Shown here: piece by piece, positions 45,520-55,987 of the stretch
Numbering within the stretch: the first letter of the stretch is position 1
Layout of the letters: each line of letters begins with the position of its first letter
DNA from: an uncultured Acidobacteriota bacterium
GTDB taxonomy: Bacteria; Acidobacteriota; Thermoanaerobaculia; UBA5066; DATFVB01
DNA length: 64,000 nt
Reading direction: 5' to 3'
Assembly (NCBI GenBank): GCA_963813155.1
Contig: CAWEYG010000003.1
Coordinates: 1-64,000 of the forward strand
The notes under the pieces: model-generated
Databases searched by the model: none
What the model saw: only the letters and a program-made list of their open reading frames with translations
Told to the model about the DNA's origin: nothing
Translations under genes and position numbers: made by a program

Positions 45520-47449
45520 ATGCTTGGAGCCTGCGCCCTCTTCCTTCTCCTCGCCGCGCCGTCGCCGGCCGCCCCGGACCTGGAAGTGCGCCGGGAATTC
45601 CTGGCGGCGAAGATGGCGCAGGCCGACGGGCGACTCAAGGAGGCCGCTTCGCATTTTCAGAGCGCGATCGGGATGCGGCCGGAGGACCCGATCCTCGAGT
45701 TTGAATACGCGGTGCTTCTCCAGCAGCTCGATCTCGACGACGAGGCCCGGTCGCACGCGAAGCGCTCGGCCGAGCTCGACCCGAATTTCGACTCCGCCTG
45801 GGCGCTCGCGGGCGCGATGGACCTGGCGTCGGCGGAGAAGATCTCCGAAAAGAGCGCGGACCGGCCCGACGAGAAGAGCGTCGAGAAGACGCAGGAGATC
45901 GTCAGCCGGGCCGTCGACGAGCTCGACCGCGCCCACCGTCTCGCCCCCCAGAACCCGTCGACCGTCGTCGCCCTCGGTCGCGCCGAGCTGCTGAACGGAC
46001 GTCCCGACCGGGCTCGGGCGGTCCTCGACGAGATCTCCGGGCTCGCGGACAATCCCGGGGTCCTGAAGATCCGGGCCCAGGCGGACGACCGCCGTGGCGC
46101 CGACGCGGATGCGGCGAAAGACTACGACCGCTGGGTGCGAAGCGATCCGGGAGACCGCGACGCCGCGGCTTCCGCGATCGAGTTCTTCGAATCCCGACGC
46201 GACTTCAAGCGCGCGCTCGAGTTGCTGCGCGGCCTTCGCGTCGTCGATCCGGACAACGTGATGATCGCGGATCGAATCGCGCTCGACCGGTTGCGGAGCG
46301 GCGATTTCGACGGCGCCGAGCGCGAAGCTCGGTCCCTCTCGGCCGCCCGTCCGGAGGACCGGGCCGCGCGGCGGACGCTCGCGGCCGTCCTCTACCAGAA
46401 GGGGCGCGACGAAGAGTCGGTGAAGATGCTGCGCCGGCTGGTGGAAGAGGATGCGGACGATCCCGCCGCCGCGCTCACGCTCGCGCTCCAGCTGACTTCC
46501 GGCGGGAAGGATTCGGAGGCCGTTTCGATTCTGGAAAATCTTTCGAAGAAGGCCGCCGAGAACCCCGGGAAAACGGAGCTTCGAAGGGAGATCGATGCCC
46601 AGATCGCCTCGATCCGTTACCGGGCCCGCGATCTGGCCTCGGCGAAGCGGATCGCGGCGGCGGCGGCCGTCGCGAAGGACTCCGTTTCCGATCGCCTCGT
46701 GGACCTGCTGCTGCAGATCGCGCGCGACGAGAAGAAGCCCCAGGAGGGCCTGGACTGGGCGAAGAAGGCTGCCGCCGTGGAACCGAAGAACACGGACTTC
46801 GCCGCGGCGGTCGCGGAATTCCAGATTCGCGCCAACCTCCCGCAGGAGGGCAAGGCGACTCTCGAGAAGCTCGCCGCTTCCGGGATCGCGTCGGACGTCC
46901 TCGCAGCGTCGGATGCCGAGGGTCGGCTGAAGAACTTTGCCGAGTCCGCGCGAATGGCCTCCGACGCGCTGCCTCGCTTCGCGGGCAACCTGGACCTCCT
47001 GTTCCGGAAAGGCTCCGCTCTGGAGCGGGAGGGAAAGCTCGAAGAGGCCGGGAAGGTTTTCCTGGAGCTCCTCCGGGCCCGAAAGGACGACGCCCAGACC
47101 CTCAACTATCTGGGGTACATGTACGCGGAGCACGGAATCCATCTGCCGGAGGCCCGAAAGCTGATCGAGCGCGCGGTCGAACTGGAGCCCCAGAACGGAG
47201 CGTACCTGGATTCCCTCGGATGGGTCCGGTTCCGGCTCGAACGATCTCGAGGGCGCGAAAGCGGCCTTGCTGCGCGCGGCCGAGCGCATGCCGAGCGATC
47301 CGACCGTTCAGGAGCACCTGGGCGACATTCAGGCGAAGCTCGGCCGGAAGACCGAGGCGGTTGCGCTCTGGCGCAAGTCGCTGACGCTCTCTCCCGACGA
47401 GCCCGAGAAGATCGAAAAAAAGATTCATGAGCTGGGCTCCGCGCCCTGA
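45520..47449 (+). CDS. Secreted TPR protein, frameshift near 47240
   Basis: Signal peptide, TPR repeats, LNYLGYMYAE, YLDSLGW, continuing in another frame as DPTVQEHLGD. Confidence 0.85.
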
Positions 47450-48143
47450 AATCCGCCGGTCCGCGAAGCTCGCGGCCGGAATCCTTGCGTTCCTTCTCGT
47501 CCAGTCGTGCGCGACGCGGCCGCCGGCCCGCCCGGCGACGGCGGAAGAGTCCGGGAAACTTCTCGCGGCGTGGGGCGACTACCGCCGCGCGGCGCTCTCC
47601 CGGGGGCCAATGGAGCTTTTCTACGACGCCGAGGTTTCGCGCAGTGTCGTCACGATGTCCGGAACGCTCGCCGTGCGCGACGACCCGGGGAAGACGCTGG
47701 CGCTGCGCGTGGAGGGGCCGCTCGGGCTCCCGGTTGCCCGGGCGGACTGGAACGGCCAGGAGACGAAGATCGTCGTCTCGGGGTCGCACAAGGGAGAGAG
47801 AACGATCGCGGGGGACGCGGACCTGAGCCGGGAGCTCGGCTTTCCCGTGACGGCGGCCGAGCTCTCGCTGCTGCTCTACGGCCTGCCGGATTCGGGGAGT
47901 CCCGAAAAGACGGAGCTCGCGGGGACGAGAGCCTGGTTCTCCTGGAAGGGCGGAGCGCTCCGCTGCGATTTCGATCCGTCGTCGGGCCGGGTCGGGACCG
48001 TCATCTCCCGCGGCGAGCGCGATTCCGTGGAAGTCCGATTTCTCGATTGGAGCGCCGGACTGCCCTCGCGGATCCAGATCAAGACCTCGCGCGGAGGAGG
48101 CGCCTTGCTCGCGTTGCGTTCCGCCGACGCCGGTTCCGGATAG
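47427..48143 (+). CDS. LolB-like/DUF4292-type lipoprotein
   Basis: Lipobox VQSC, LRVEGPLG, ELGFPV; TPR-lipoprotein-ispE synteny. Confidence 0.6.
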   Translation: MSWAPRPEIRRSAKLAAGILAFLLVQSCATRPPARPATAEESGKLLAAWGDYRRAALSRGPMELFYDAEVSRSVVTMSGTLAVRDDPGKTLALRVEGPLGLPVARADWNGQETKIVVSGSHKGERTIAGDADLSRELGFPVTAAELSLLLYGLPDSGSPEKTELAGTRAWFSWKGGALRCDFDPSSGRVGTVISRGERDSVEVRFLDWSAGLPSRIQIKTSRGGGALLALRSADAGSG

Positions 48144-48153
48144 CGTTCCGGCC

Positions 48154-49023
48154 ATGATTCTGAAGGCCGAAGCATTCGCGAAGACGAACCGCTCGCTCAT
48201 CGTCCGGGGAAAGCGGCCCGACGGTTACCACGAGATCGACACGGTGTTTCAGTCGATTGACCTGACCGATGAGCTCGAGGTGTCCCTCGCCCCGTCGATC
48301 GAGCTCGAGTGCGACGACCCTTCGCTCCCCGCGGGGCCCGGGAATCTCGTCTTTCGGGCCGCGGAGCGTCTCGCGAAGGTTTACGCGGTCCGGACCGGGG
48401 CGCGGATCCGGCTGACGAAGAGAATTCCGACGGGAGCGGGGCTCGGGGGAGGCTCTTCCGACGCGGCGATCGCGCTCGCTCTGCTCGCGCGGCTCTGGAA
48501 GACCGGCGCGAATCTCGATTCGCTCTCGAAGATCGGAGGCGAGATCGGGAGCGACGTCCCGTTTTTTTTCTTCGGCGGCGCGGCGAGGGGTCGCGGCCGA
48601 GGCGAGATCCTGACTCCTCATCGCGACGAGGAGGACCGGCGCCTGATTCTCGTCGTGCCTCCGTTTCCGATCGCGACAGCCGCGGTTTACGCGCGCTGGA
48701 GAGCCTCCGAAGCTTCCGGGGAGGGAGCCGGCCGGAACTATTTCGGATCGAACGACTTGGCATCGGCTGTGCTTCAAACAGAGCCTGAGATGGCTCGCTA
48801 CCTGGAAACCGTCGCGAAGTCCTTTCCGGACTGCCAGATCTCGGGCTCCGGCTCTTCGATCGTCGCGGCGGTTTCCGAAGCGGCCGCTTCCGATTTCGAC
48901 AGCGTGAGGAATGACCTGCCCGGCGCGAAGGTTTACGTCTTGAGAACCGTGTCGCGCGAGGAATATCGGCGGCGCTCGGCCCTCGACGCTTTCGACTTGC
49001 CAGAGGAGGTCCGAGAGCAATGA
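48154..49023 (+). CDS. ispE: 4-diphosphocytidyl-2-C-methyl-D-erythritol kinase
   Basis: AKTN, RPDGYHEI, KRIPTGAGLGGGSSDAA, GSDVPFF, SGSGS. Confidence 0.95.
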   Translation: MILKAEAFAKTNRSLIVRGKRPDGYHEIDTVFQSIDLTDELEVSLAPSIELECDDPSLPAGPGNLVFRAAERLAKVYAVRTGARIRLTKRIPTGAGLGGGSSDAAIALALLARLWKTGANLDSLSKIGGEIGSDVPFFFFGGAARGRGRGEILTPHRDEEDRRLILVVPPFPIATAAVYARWRASEASGEGAGRNYFGSNDLASAVLQTEPEMARYLETVAKSFPDCQISGSGSSIVAAVSEAAASDFDSVRNDLPGAKVYVLRTVSREEYRRRSALDAFDLPEEVREQ

Positions 49024-49316
49024 ACATCACCGAGGTCAAGGTTCATCCCGTCGATCAGGAGAAGCTCAAGGCCTATGTCTCGATCGTCCTGGACGACTGC
49101 TTTCTCGTTTCCGACATCAAGATCATCTCCGGTCCGACGGGGCTGTTCGTGTCGATGCCTTCGAAGCGGAAAAAGACGGGAGAGTTCAAGGATGTCGCCC
49201 ATCCCCTCAACCGCGAGACGCGCCAGTGGATGGAGGAGCGGATCCTCGGCGAATACGACCGGTCGATTCACCTCCCGTCTCCGAGCCAGCACAGCGAGGC
49301 AGCCGGGGAATCCTGA
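49020..49316 (+). CDS. spoVG: SpoVG family nucleic-acid-binding protein
   Basis: MNITEVKV, GLFVSMPS, FKDVAHP. Confidence 0.93.
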   Translation: MNITEVKVHPVDQEKLKAYVSIVLDDCFLVSDIKIISGPTGLFVSMPSKRKKTGEFKDVAHPLNRETRQWMEERILGEYDRSIHLPSPSQHSEAAGES

Positions 49317-49363
49317 CCGGACCGGATTTCGTTACAATCGAGCGAAATCGGGAGGACTTACCC

Positions 49364-49604
49364 ATGTCGAACACGAAAATCCAGGTCCGCAAGAACGGAC
49401 CTCTTCGCATCGAGGGCACGGACATCGAGATCGTCGATGCCGAGGGCCGGCGGTTCGACCTCGCGGGCCGCACCGTCATTTCGCTCTGCCGCTGCGGGCA
49501 TTCGCAGAACAAGCCCTTCTGCGACGGCTCCGCACGACCGCACGGGGTTCGAATCCGATTGCCCGGCCCGCGCGCTGCCGCCGCCGGTGCCGAAGCCGGC
49601 CTAG
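49364..49604 (+). CDS. CDGSH iron-sulfur domain protein (frameshift near 49530)
   Basis: NGPL, LCRCGHSQNKPFCDGS(H); removing one base restores H-DRTGFES...PKPA*. Confidence 0.85.
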
Positions 49605-52600
49605 GTTGGAAGCGGCAGGTCGTAGGGCTTGCCGTTCCGCGCGGACAGAACGCACAGGCGGACGACCCGGACGCCGAGGAGCATGAGCCCGCGGGCATAT
49701 TCTGAGAGTTGTGGCGCGTACGTCTCGAAATGGGAACGAATCGCGCTCTCCTCTCCTCGAAACTGGTCGATGCGGTCCGTCTTGTAATCGACCACGGTCC
49801 ACCCTTCCGGACCTTCGGCGAGAAGGTCGATTTTTCCCTCCACGAGGGCGCCGTCCTCCGGACTTCGAAAGAGGATCGGAAATTCCGCGAGTTTTCGCGA
49901 AGGACGGGTCACGATCGGCGACGCCGTGAGCGCGTCCACCATCGCGGCGATCTCGGCGTGACGCCGAACGCCCAGATCCCACTCGGCCGCCGCCGCGGCG
50001 ACGGCGGATTGCGGCGTCTCCCCGTGCATCACTCGTTCCATGGCGTCGTGAAGCGCGCATCCGATCCGGGCGGCGAGTCCGGGCTGCTCGGCTCGGGCGT
50101 CGGAGGATGGTTCGTCCTCCGACTGCGGTTGCCGACCCCCGGCGCGGCGCAGGAGATCGCACCGGGTTGACGCGAGGAGCGCCGGGCGTGCGGCGATCGC
50201 GGCGATCTCGTCTCGCAGAGCGGCGGCTGGAGAAGCCAGCTCCTTGCGGGGCCGTTTGACCGCCCGCCGGAGTTCGGGGTAGTTCGTTCGGCGTTCGACG
50301 AAGATGTCGATCGGTTCCGACGGTTGAACGGGTCCCAGCGCGGCGAGCGGGGTTCGTTCGAACGTATCGGCGACGCCCTTTTTCGAGTCCGTGATTTTTC
50401 GCCAGCGAGACAGGAAGAACCAGTCGCGCGCGCGCGTGGCGCCGACATAGAGGAGGCGGCGAGTCTCGGCCGCTTCGCGCTCGTCGTCGGCCCGGCGAAT
50501 GGACGCGAAATCCGGACTCGAGATCGTTCCGGCGCCGACCTTGATTGAAACTCCCCAGGGCCCGTCGCGACGTGGGGCCAGAAGGCCGTCCGAGGCCGGC
50601 CGCGCGAGCCCGCCGAACCCCGCGAGGACGACGACCGGGAATTCCAGACCCTTTGCCTTGTGAACCGTCAAAATGCGGACGGCGTCGGTGGACTCTTCGA
50701 AAGCCCGGGGCTCGGAGGCGTCGGCGCTTCCGATCGACGCGAGCCCGCGAACGACGGCTCCAAACGAGGGGGCGGAGGCTTCGATCTCCCGCGCCAGGCT
50801 GACGATCTGATGAAGGTTGGCCTGCGCTTGAAGTCCCCCAACCCGCCTGGCTCGCGCCTTGACGAGCGCCCCGGTCGCCGAGAGGAGATCGAGGACGGTT
50901 TCCGAGGCGGGCCGATCTTCCCGGCTGCGGTAGAGGAGAGAAAGAAGGTCGAGAGCCTCGCGCAGCGGCCCCGACGCCGATTCCGCGCGCCGGTGGTCGA
51001 AGAAAGCGCCAGATTCCCGCGCGAGAAAGAGGTCCTCGTCAGACAGCGCGAAAAGAAAGGACTTCAACGTCGCGTAGAGCGCGATGCGGTCGTCCGGGTT
51101 CTCGATCGCGCGGAGCGCCGCGAGGACGGCAGCCGGCTCTTCCCGCCGGAAGAAGTCGAGCCCCCCTTCGATGACGGCATCGATGCCGACTCGAGCGAAC
51201 GCCTCCTGAAAAAGCCCGACGCTCTCGTTGCTTCGGACGAGCACGGCGACGTCGCCCGATCTCGCCGGACGGCCGCTCTCGACCTCGAGAGTGCCGCGCC
51301 CGATCGCGTCCGCGAGCAGTCCGGCGATCCCTTCCGCTTCGCTCTTTCGCCAGCTCTCCTCGTCGGCTCGCCAGTCGGTGGGAGGGTCGAGATACACGAC
51401 CCGTTTCTCCCCCGGCACGGGCCGGTCGCCCCACGGTTCGAGAGGGGAATAGGAGGCTTCGAACGGTTGCACGGGCGGCGCCATCGCTTCTCCGAAGACG
51501 GCGTTGACCCATTCGAGTATTGGCGGAACGCTTCGACGATTCGCCACGAAGATCTCGCGGTCGGCCTGCAGGAGCTCGCCGACGAGGGAGTACGTCTCGA
51601 TATCGGCCCGGCGAAAGCGATAGATCGACTGCTTGGGATCGCCGACGAGAAGGAGCCTTCCCGGCTCGGGAGCGAGCTCCGTCCAATCCTCGCCGCCGCC
51701 TTCGCCATGCGCAAGGCGCAGGAAGATCTCCATCTGAATCGGATCCGTGTCCTGAAATTCGTCGACGACCAGAAGCGCGTACCGTTCCCGGAAGTGGCGC
51801 CTCGCCGACCCGGAAGATCGGAGGAGCTCCCGGGTCACGAGGAGGAGGTCGTCGAAATCCATCAGGCTTTGCCGCCGCTTGAGCTTCGCGACGGTCTTCA
51901 GATATCCCCCGGGCTCGAGGGTCAGGCGGCGGAGCAGATTCACGAGGACGGGCCAGCCGGGCGCGTCCTCGAGGGTTTCCAGGAACTTCTTGTATTCTTT
52001 TTCCCGCCATCTTTCGACCTCGTCGAGTTTCCCGCCGGACCGGAAAGAGATCACGGGAGCGGTCGCGCGGAAGGAGCGAAGGGCGTCGAGGTCGTCGGGC
52101 ACCGCGCCCAGCCAGGCGACGATCTCCGCGAGCGTTCCGGCGACGGGATGACCGGCGGATTCGGCGACCCGGCGGAGATCGCGCGCCTGGTCCCGCAGGC
52201 GCGCAGCCGTCGAAAGTATGGTCGCCGCGTCCGCGTCGGGCAGATGGGCGTCGTCCAGGCGGGCCCTCTTCTCGTAGAGTTCGGCCGCGAGCGTGCGGAG
52301 CGTCGTTTCCTTCTCGCCTCCCGCGATCTTCATTCCGGCGAGAAGCGCCCGACCGAGCGCCCCGTCGGGGCGTTCGGCCGCCTCCTGCCGCCACCACTCC
52401 TCCCAGACCTCACTCGCGAGCGCGGACGAGGCCTCGGGAAGAATCATCGTGAACGCGGGGATCAATCCGGCCTCGATCGGCCGCTCGCGCAGGAGCGACG
52501 AGCAGAACGCGTGAATCGTTCCCACCTGCGCCCGGTCGATTTCTTCCAGGCTCTCGCGGGCGGCGCAGCGTATCCGATCTGGCTCGTTTGACGAGAGGAG

Positions 52601-52834
52601 GGCTTCCAAGCGCGAGCGAAGGCGTTTTTGGAGATCTCCCGCGGCCTTCTCGGTGAACGTCACGGCCGCGATGCGGGTGAGCGGAACTCGGGGCTCGCGG
52701 CGAACGCAGACCTCGGTGATGGCCTCGACGATCGCGTGAGTCTTCCCGGTGCCCGCCGAGGCCTCGACGAAGATCGACCGGTCGCGGCCGGCGACGACTC
52801 TTTCCCGCGCGTCGCGATCGGGAGGAGGGTTCAC
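49601..52834 (-). CDS. UvrD-family helicase/nuclease (AddA-like)
   Basis: EASAGTGKT, TFTEKAA, DEFQDT, VGDPKQSIYRFR, TVHKAKGLEF, GKIDLL...VDYKT. Confidence 0.92.
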   Translation of the reverse strand: MNPPPDRDARERVVAGRDRSIFVEASAGTGKTHAIVEAITEVCVRREPRVPLTRIAAVTFTEKAAGDLQKRLRSRLEALLSSNEPDRIRCAARESLEEIDRAQVGTIHAFCSSLLRERPIEAGLIPAFTMILPEASSALASEVWEEWWRQEAAERPDGALGRALLAGMKIAGGEKETTLRTLAAELYEKRARLDDAHLPDADAATILSTAARLRDQARDLRRVAESAGHPVAGTLAEIVAWLGAVPDDLDALRSFRATAPVISFRSGGKLDEVERWREKEYKKFLETLEDAPGWPVLVNLLRRLTLEPGGYLKTVAKLKRRQSLMDFDDLLLVTRELLRSSGSARRHFRERYALLVVDEFQDTDPIQMEIFLRLAHGEGGGEDWTELAPEPGRLLLVGDPKQSIYRFRRADIETYSLVGELLQADREIFVANRRSVPPILEWVNAVFGEAMAPPVQPFEASYSPLEPWGDRPVPGEKRVVYLDPPTDWRADEESWRKSEAEGIAGLLADAIGRGTLEVESGRPARSGDVAVLVRSNESVGLFQEAFARVGIDAVIEGGLDFFRREEPAAVLAALRAIENPDDRIALYATLKSFLFALSDEDLFLARESGAFFDHRRAESASGPLREALDLLSLLYRSREDRPASETVLDLLSATGALVKARARRVGGLQAQANLHQIVSLAREIEASAPSFGAVVRGLASIGSADASEPRAFEESTDAVRILTVHKAKGLEFPVVVLAGFGGLARPASDGLLAPRRDGPWGVSIKVGAGTISSPDFASIRRADDEREAAETRRLLYVGATRARDWFFLSRWRKITDSKKGVADTFERTPLAALGPVQPSEPIDIFVERRTNYPELRRAVKRPRKELASPAAALRDEIAAIAARPALLASTRCDLLRRAGGRQPQSEDEPSSDARAEQPGLAARIGCALHDAMERVMHGETPQSAVAAAAAEWDLGVRRHAEIAAMVDALTASPIVTRPSRKLAEFPILFRSPEDGALVEGKIDLLAEGPEGWTVVDYKTDRIDQFRGEESAIRSHFETYAPQLSEYARGLMLLGVRVVRLCVLSARNGKPYDLPLPT

Positions 52835-55800
52835 GGCAGGTCCCTCAGGGCCTTCAGCGCGCGGACCGACGGGTCGGAGTCGTCGTCCTTTTCCTCGAAT
52901 CGCTCGATGTGCCCGGGCCCGCAGACTTCCGAGAATTCGCAAAAGGAACACGGCCATTTGTTGAGACGCGTCGCCGTCCGCGGCGCGAACGTTCCCGATC
53001 CGACAGCCTCCTCCATCCCGCGAAGAAACGTCCTCAGGTGGCCGATGGCCTCGCTCGTCTGATCCGGCGGGAAGGAGACCGCCTCGACTGAGGCCGAGCC
53101 GGGTCCGACGCTCCTCAAGACGAGATATTCGGAAGCAACGCGCTCTCCGGTCGCGAGCGCGTAGATCGGAAGCTGTACCGCTTCGCCGCCGAGGATTCGC
53201 CCCCCGCCGTCGAACGCTTTCTGAAAACCGGAGGCCATCTTCACTTTGTAATCGATCACGCGCGCCGCCCGGCCCTCCCGATCGTCGTCGACGCGGTCTA
53301 TCGAACCCACGAACCGCACCGAAAACGGGCCTGCGTCGACCCGGAACGGAATTTCGGGCGTATCGAGGTTCTTTTCGGCGGCCGCGGGCCGGAGTCCGTC
53401 GCGGCTCCCGGCTTCGTGGGCGAGCCAGGCGTGGATCAGGTCCTCGATTCGCGCGCGCGCGATGCCGCGAACCAGCTCCGGATGCAGGGGAGCCGTCTTT
53501 TCTTCGTGAAGCGCGAGCGCTTCTTCGGCGGCGCGCGCCGCGAGCTCCGCACCCTCGTCTCCCGACGGCGGCCAGGAAGTCGCATAACCGACGATGCGCC
53601 GTGCGGCGTCGTGGAAGGCGTTTCCGAGGTGCAGCGGGCCCAGCTCGGCGGAGCGGTCGAGCTCTTCCCACTCCCGCAGACCCTGGACGTTGTGCAGAAA
53701 GTATCGGTAGGGGCATGCCCCGAACTTCCCGAGCTTCGACGCCGAGAGGGATTCGAGAGCGCTCGGGCGATGGCGCTCGAGCGCCTTCCGGGCCTCCGGG
53801 CCGAGCCTTCCCTCGAACGCCGTCCACCGCGGCGAATGCGAGAGCTCTTGCCGGAGGAGCGATCGGCGAAGCGGCGCGTAGGCCGCGGCGACCGTCGCCG
53901 TACCGGAGCTCTCGAGAACCCGCTCGCAAGCCTCACCCACGGAAACGGCCGGACCGAAAACGACGGCGCGGCCCATTTCCGTGTTTCGCGTGGCCGGCCC
54001 GGCACGGGAGGAGGCGGCGCGCTCGGCGTCCGCGAAGAAGTGGGACGGGAGGCAGTCCCGCGTCAGCGCCTCGTCCCGTCGCGCCGTCGTCAGGACGAGT
54101 CTCCGCGCGGCCGACCCTACGGCGACTCCGAAGAGCAGCCGCTCCTCGGCGGATCGGGACGCGACTTTGAGGGGAACCGGGCGCCCGGTGCGCTCGGCGA
54201 GAACGAGACGCTCGGAATCGAAGAGCAACGGATCGGGCCGCCCGGGGAGCGGGAACTCCCGCTCGACGAGGCGAGCGACAAAGCTCGCCTCGAAAGTCAG
54301 GCCTCGAGTGGCCATCACCGTTCCGATGCAGACTCCATCGACTCCGAGCCTGCCCGAGGCCTCTCGTTGTTTTTCGAGCGCCGCAAAGAACACGTGCCCT
54401 GCCGTCGGCCTCTCGACGGCCACTCCCGATTCGTCGAGGGCCGAGAGTGCCTCGGCTGCGGCGCGAAGGGGATCGGGGACTTCGGCAGGCAGAAAGAGAA
54501 CTTCGAGTCTCCCCGAGAGTTCGTCGGCCCATTCCCTCCAGGATCGCGCTCCGCCGGGCCACGACGACGCCGACGCGATGAGACGCCCGCATTCCTCTGC
54601 GAAGGCGAGGGAGGCGGCGGCTTCCGCCGGCGCCGCGCCGGAAGCGTGACCTTCGAGTCGCTCCTTCCATGCAGTTTCGCCCCGAACGATTCCCGCCTTC
54701 CGCGCGAGAGACCGGGCCGACGGCCGAGAATCGCGTCCGGGAGCGTCGGCGAGGAGATCGAGAAGACCGAGAACGTCCTCGCGCGAGAAGTCGCGCTCCT
54801 CGAGATCCCACCAGAGCCGGACCGCGCGGCCGAGCGTCGAGGACGCGAGGGATCGTCCCCGGATGTCAAAATTCGGAATTCCGAGCCGGGTCAGCTCGCG
54901 CGAGAGGGCCTCGGACCATGAGCTCGATTCCCGGACGATGATGGCCATGCGATGAAGAGGAACGCCGGCTTCCGCCGCAATCAAGATCTCGCGGGCGATC
55001 TCGGCGCGTTCGCCGGATGACGTCGCCGCGGAAACGAGCCTCGCCGGCCCGCCCTCGCCGTCGAACTCCGCGGCGGTGGGCCCTTCGCCCAATCGGAGGC
55101 GAAACGGCTCGAGCGGAGAATTCGCCTCCGGGGCGGCTTCGGGGGAGGCCTCGAGCGTCGAGGCGGTCCAGGCGAGAAAGGGTTCGGCGAAATCTCCCCA
55201 CGAGCCAACCGGCCGCGGAACGAACGCGAAGATCGGGAAGCGACGCGCGAGTGCCGCGAGGAAGTCTTTCTGGGCGCCCGTCGCATCGTAGAAACCGTAC
55301 AGGAACACCGTCTCCGGGGTCGCGGCTCGAGTGGCGCCGGCGGCGCGCCGAAGGAGCCGCCACGACGTTTCGCGGCTGCCGGTACCATTCTCGAGCTCTT
55401 CGTACAGGCGCGCCACCGCTCCGAGGAGCACCCGGCGTTCCGCGGCCAGCGAGGGGTTCTCGGCGAACGACCGGAAGCGGCTCGGGGTGACCCCGGCGTC
55501 AGCGAGGTCGCGGATCGTCGCTTCGAGAGAGGGGACGAAATCGGGCCGCGAGGCGAGGTCTCCGAATGCTCGCGATTCCGGAAGCCTCGCCAGGGCGTCG
55601 GAAAGGATCGCAAATTCCCCGAATTCGGGAAGCGGAACCGGCCCCTGCCCGGCGAGATGTCCTGCGAACTCCTCGAGGTTCGAAAAGGAAATCCCCGCGT
55701 GCGCCGCGGCAAGACCCCGAGACTCGCGCCACTCCAGGTACCGGCGTCGGAGATGGACGCCCAGGAGATTCGACGTGACGATGACCGAGACGCGGCGGAG

Positions 55801-55911
55801 AGGGTCGACCGACTGGTGTTCGGCGAGAGTGCCGAACAGCCGGGGCTCGAGACCGAGGAACGGGCCGGTCACGAGGCGGTGGCGGGACGGATTCGTCCGA
55901 GGTGCGGTCAA
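52831..55911 (-). CDS. PD-(D/E)XK nuclease (AddB-like)
   Basis: SASKL...CPYRYF, GSIDRVD, IDYK, QLPIY, CSFCEFSEVC Fe-S motif; coupled to the AddA-like gene. Confidence 0.88.
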   Translation of the reverse strand: MTAPRTNPSRHRLVTGPFLGLEPRLFGTLAEHQSVDPLRRVSVIVTSNLLGVHLRRRYLEWRESRGLAAAHAGISFSNLEEFAGHLAGQGPVPLPEFGEFAILSDALARLPESRAFGDLASRPDFVPSLEATIRDLADAGVTPSRFRSFAENPSLAAERRVLLGAVARLYEELENGTGSRETSWRLLRRAAGATRAATPETVFLYGFYDATGAQKDFLAALARRFPIFAFVPRPVGSWGDFAEPFLAWTASTLEASPEAAPEANSPLEPFRLRLGEGPTAAEFDGEGGPARLVSAATSSGERAEIAREILIAAEAGVPLHRMAIIVRESSSWSEALSRELTRLGIPNFDIRGRSLASSTLGRAVRLWWDLEERDFSREDVLGLLDLLADAPGRDSRPSARSLARKAGIVRGETAWKERLEGHASGAAPAEAAASLAFAEECGRLIASASSWPGGARSWREWADELSGRLEVLFLPAEVPDPLRAAAEALSALDESGVAVERPTAGHVFFAALEKQREASGRLGVDGVCIGTVMATRGLTFEASFVARLVEREFPLPGRPDPLLFDSERLVLAERTGRPVPLKVASRSAEERLLFGVAVGSAARRLVLTTARRDEALTRDCLPSHFFADAERAASSRAGPATRNTEMGRAVVFGPAVSVGEACERVLESSGTATVAAAYAPLRRSLLRQELSHSPRWTAFEGRLGPEARKALERHRPSALESLSASKLGKFGACPYRYFLHNVQGLREWEELDRSAELGPLHLGNAFHDAARRIVGYATSWPPSGDEGAELAARAAEEALALHEEKTAPLHPELVRGIARARIEDLIHAWLAHEAGSRDGLRPAAAEKNLDTPEIPFRVDAGPFSVRFVGSIDRVDDDREGRAARVIDYKVKMASGFQKAFDGGGRILGGEAVQLPIYALATGERVASEYLVLRSVGPGSASVEAVSFPPDQTSEAIGHLRTFLRGMEEAVGSGTFAPRTATRLNKWPCSFCEFSEVCGPGHIERFEEKDDDSDPSVRALKALRDLP

Positions 55912-55987
55912 GCGCCAAGTCTACGGCATCCGTCCGAATGTCCTCCGCGTTCGCGTTCGGATAGGATCGGCGTTTCGTCGGAGGATC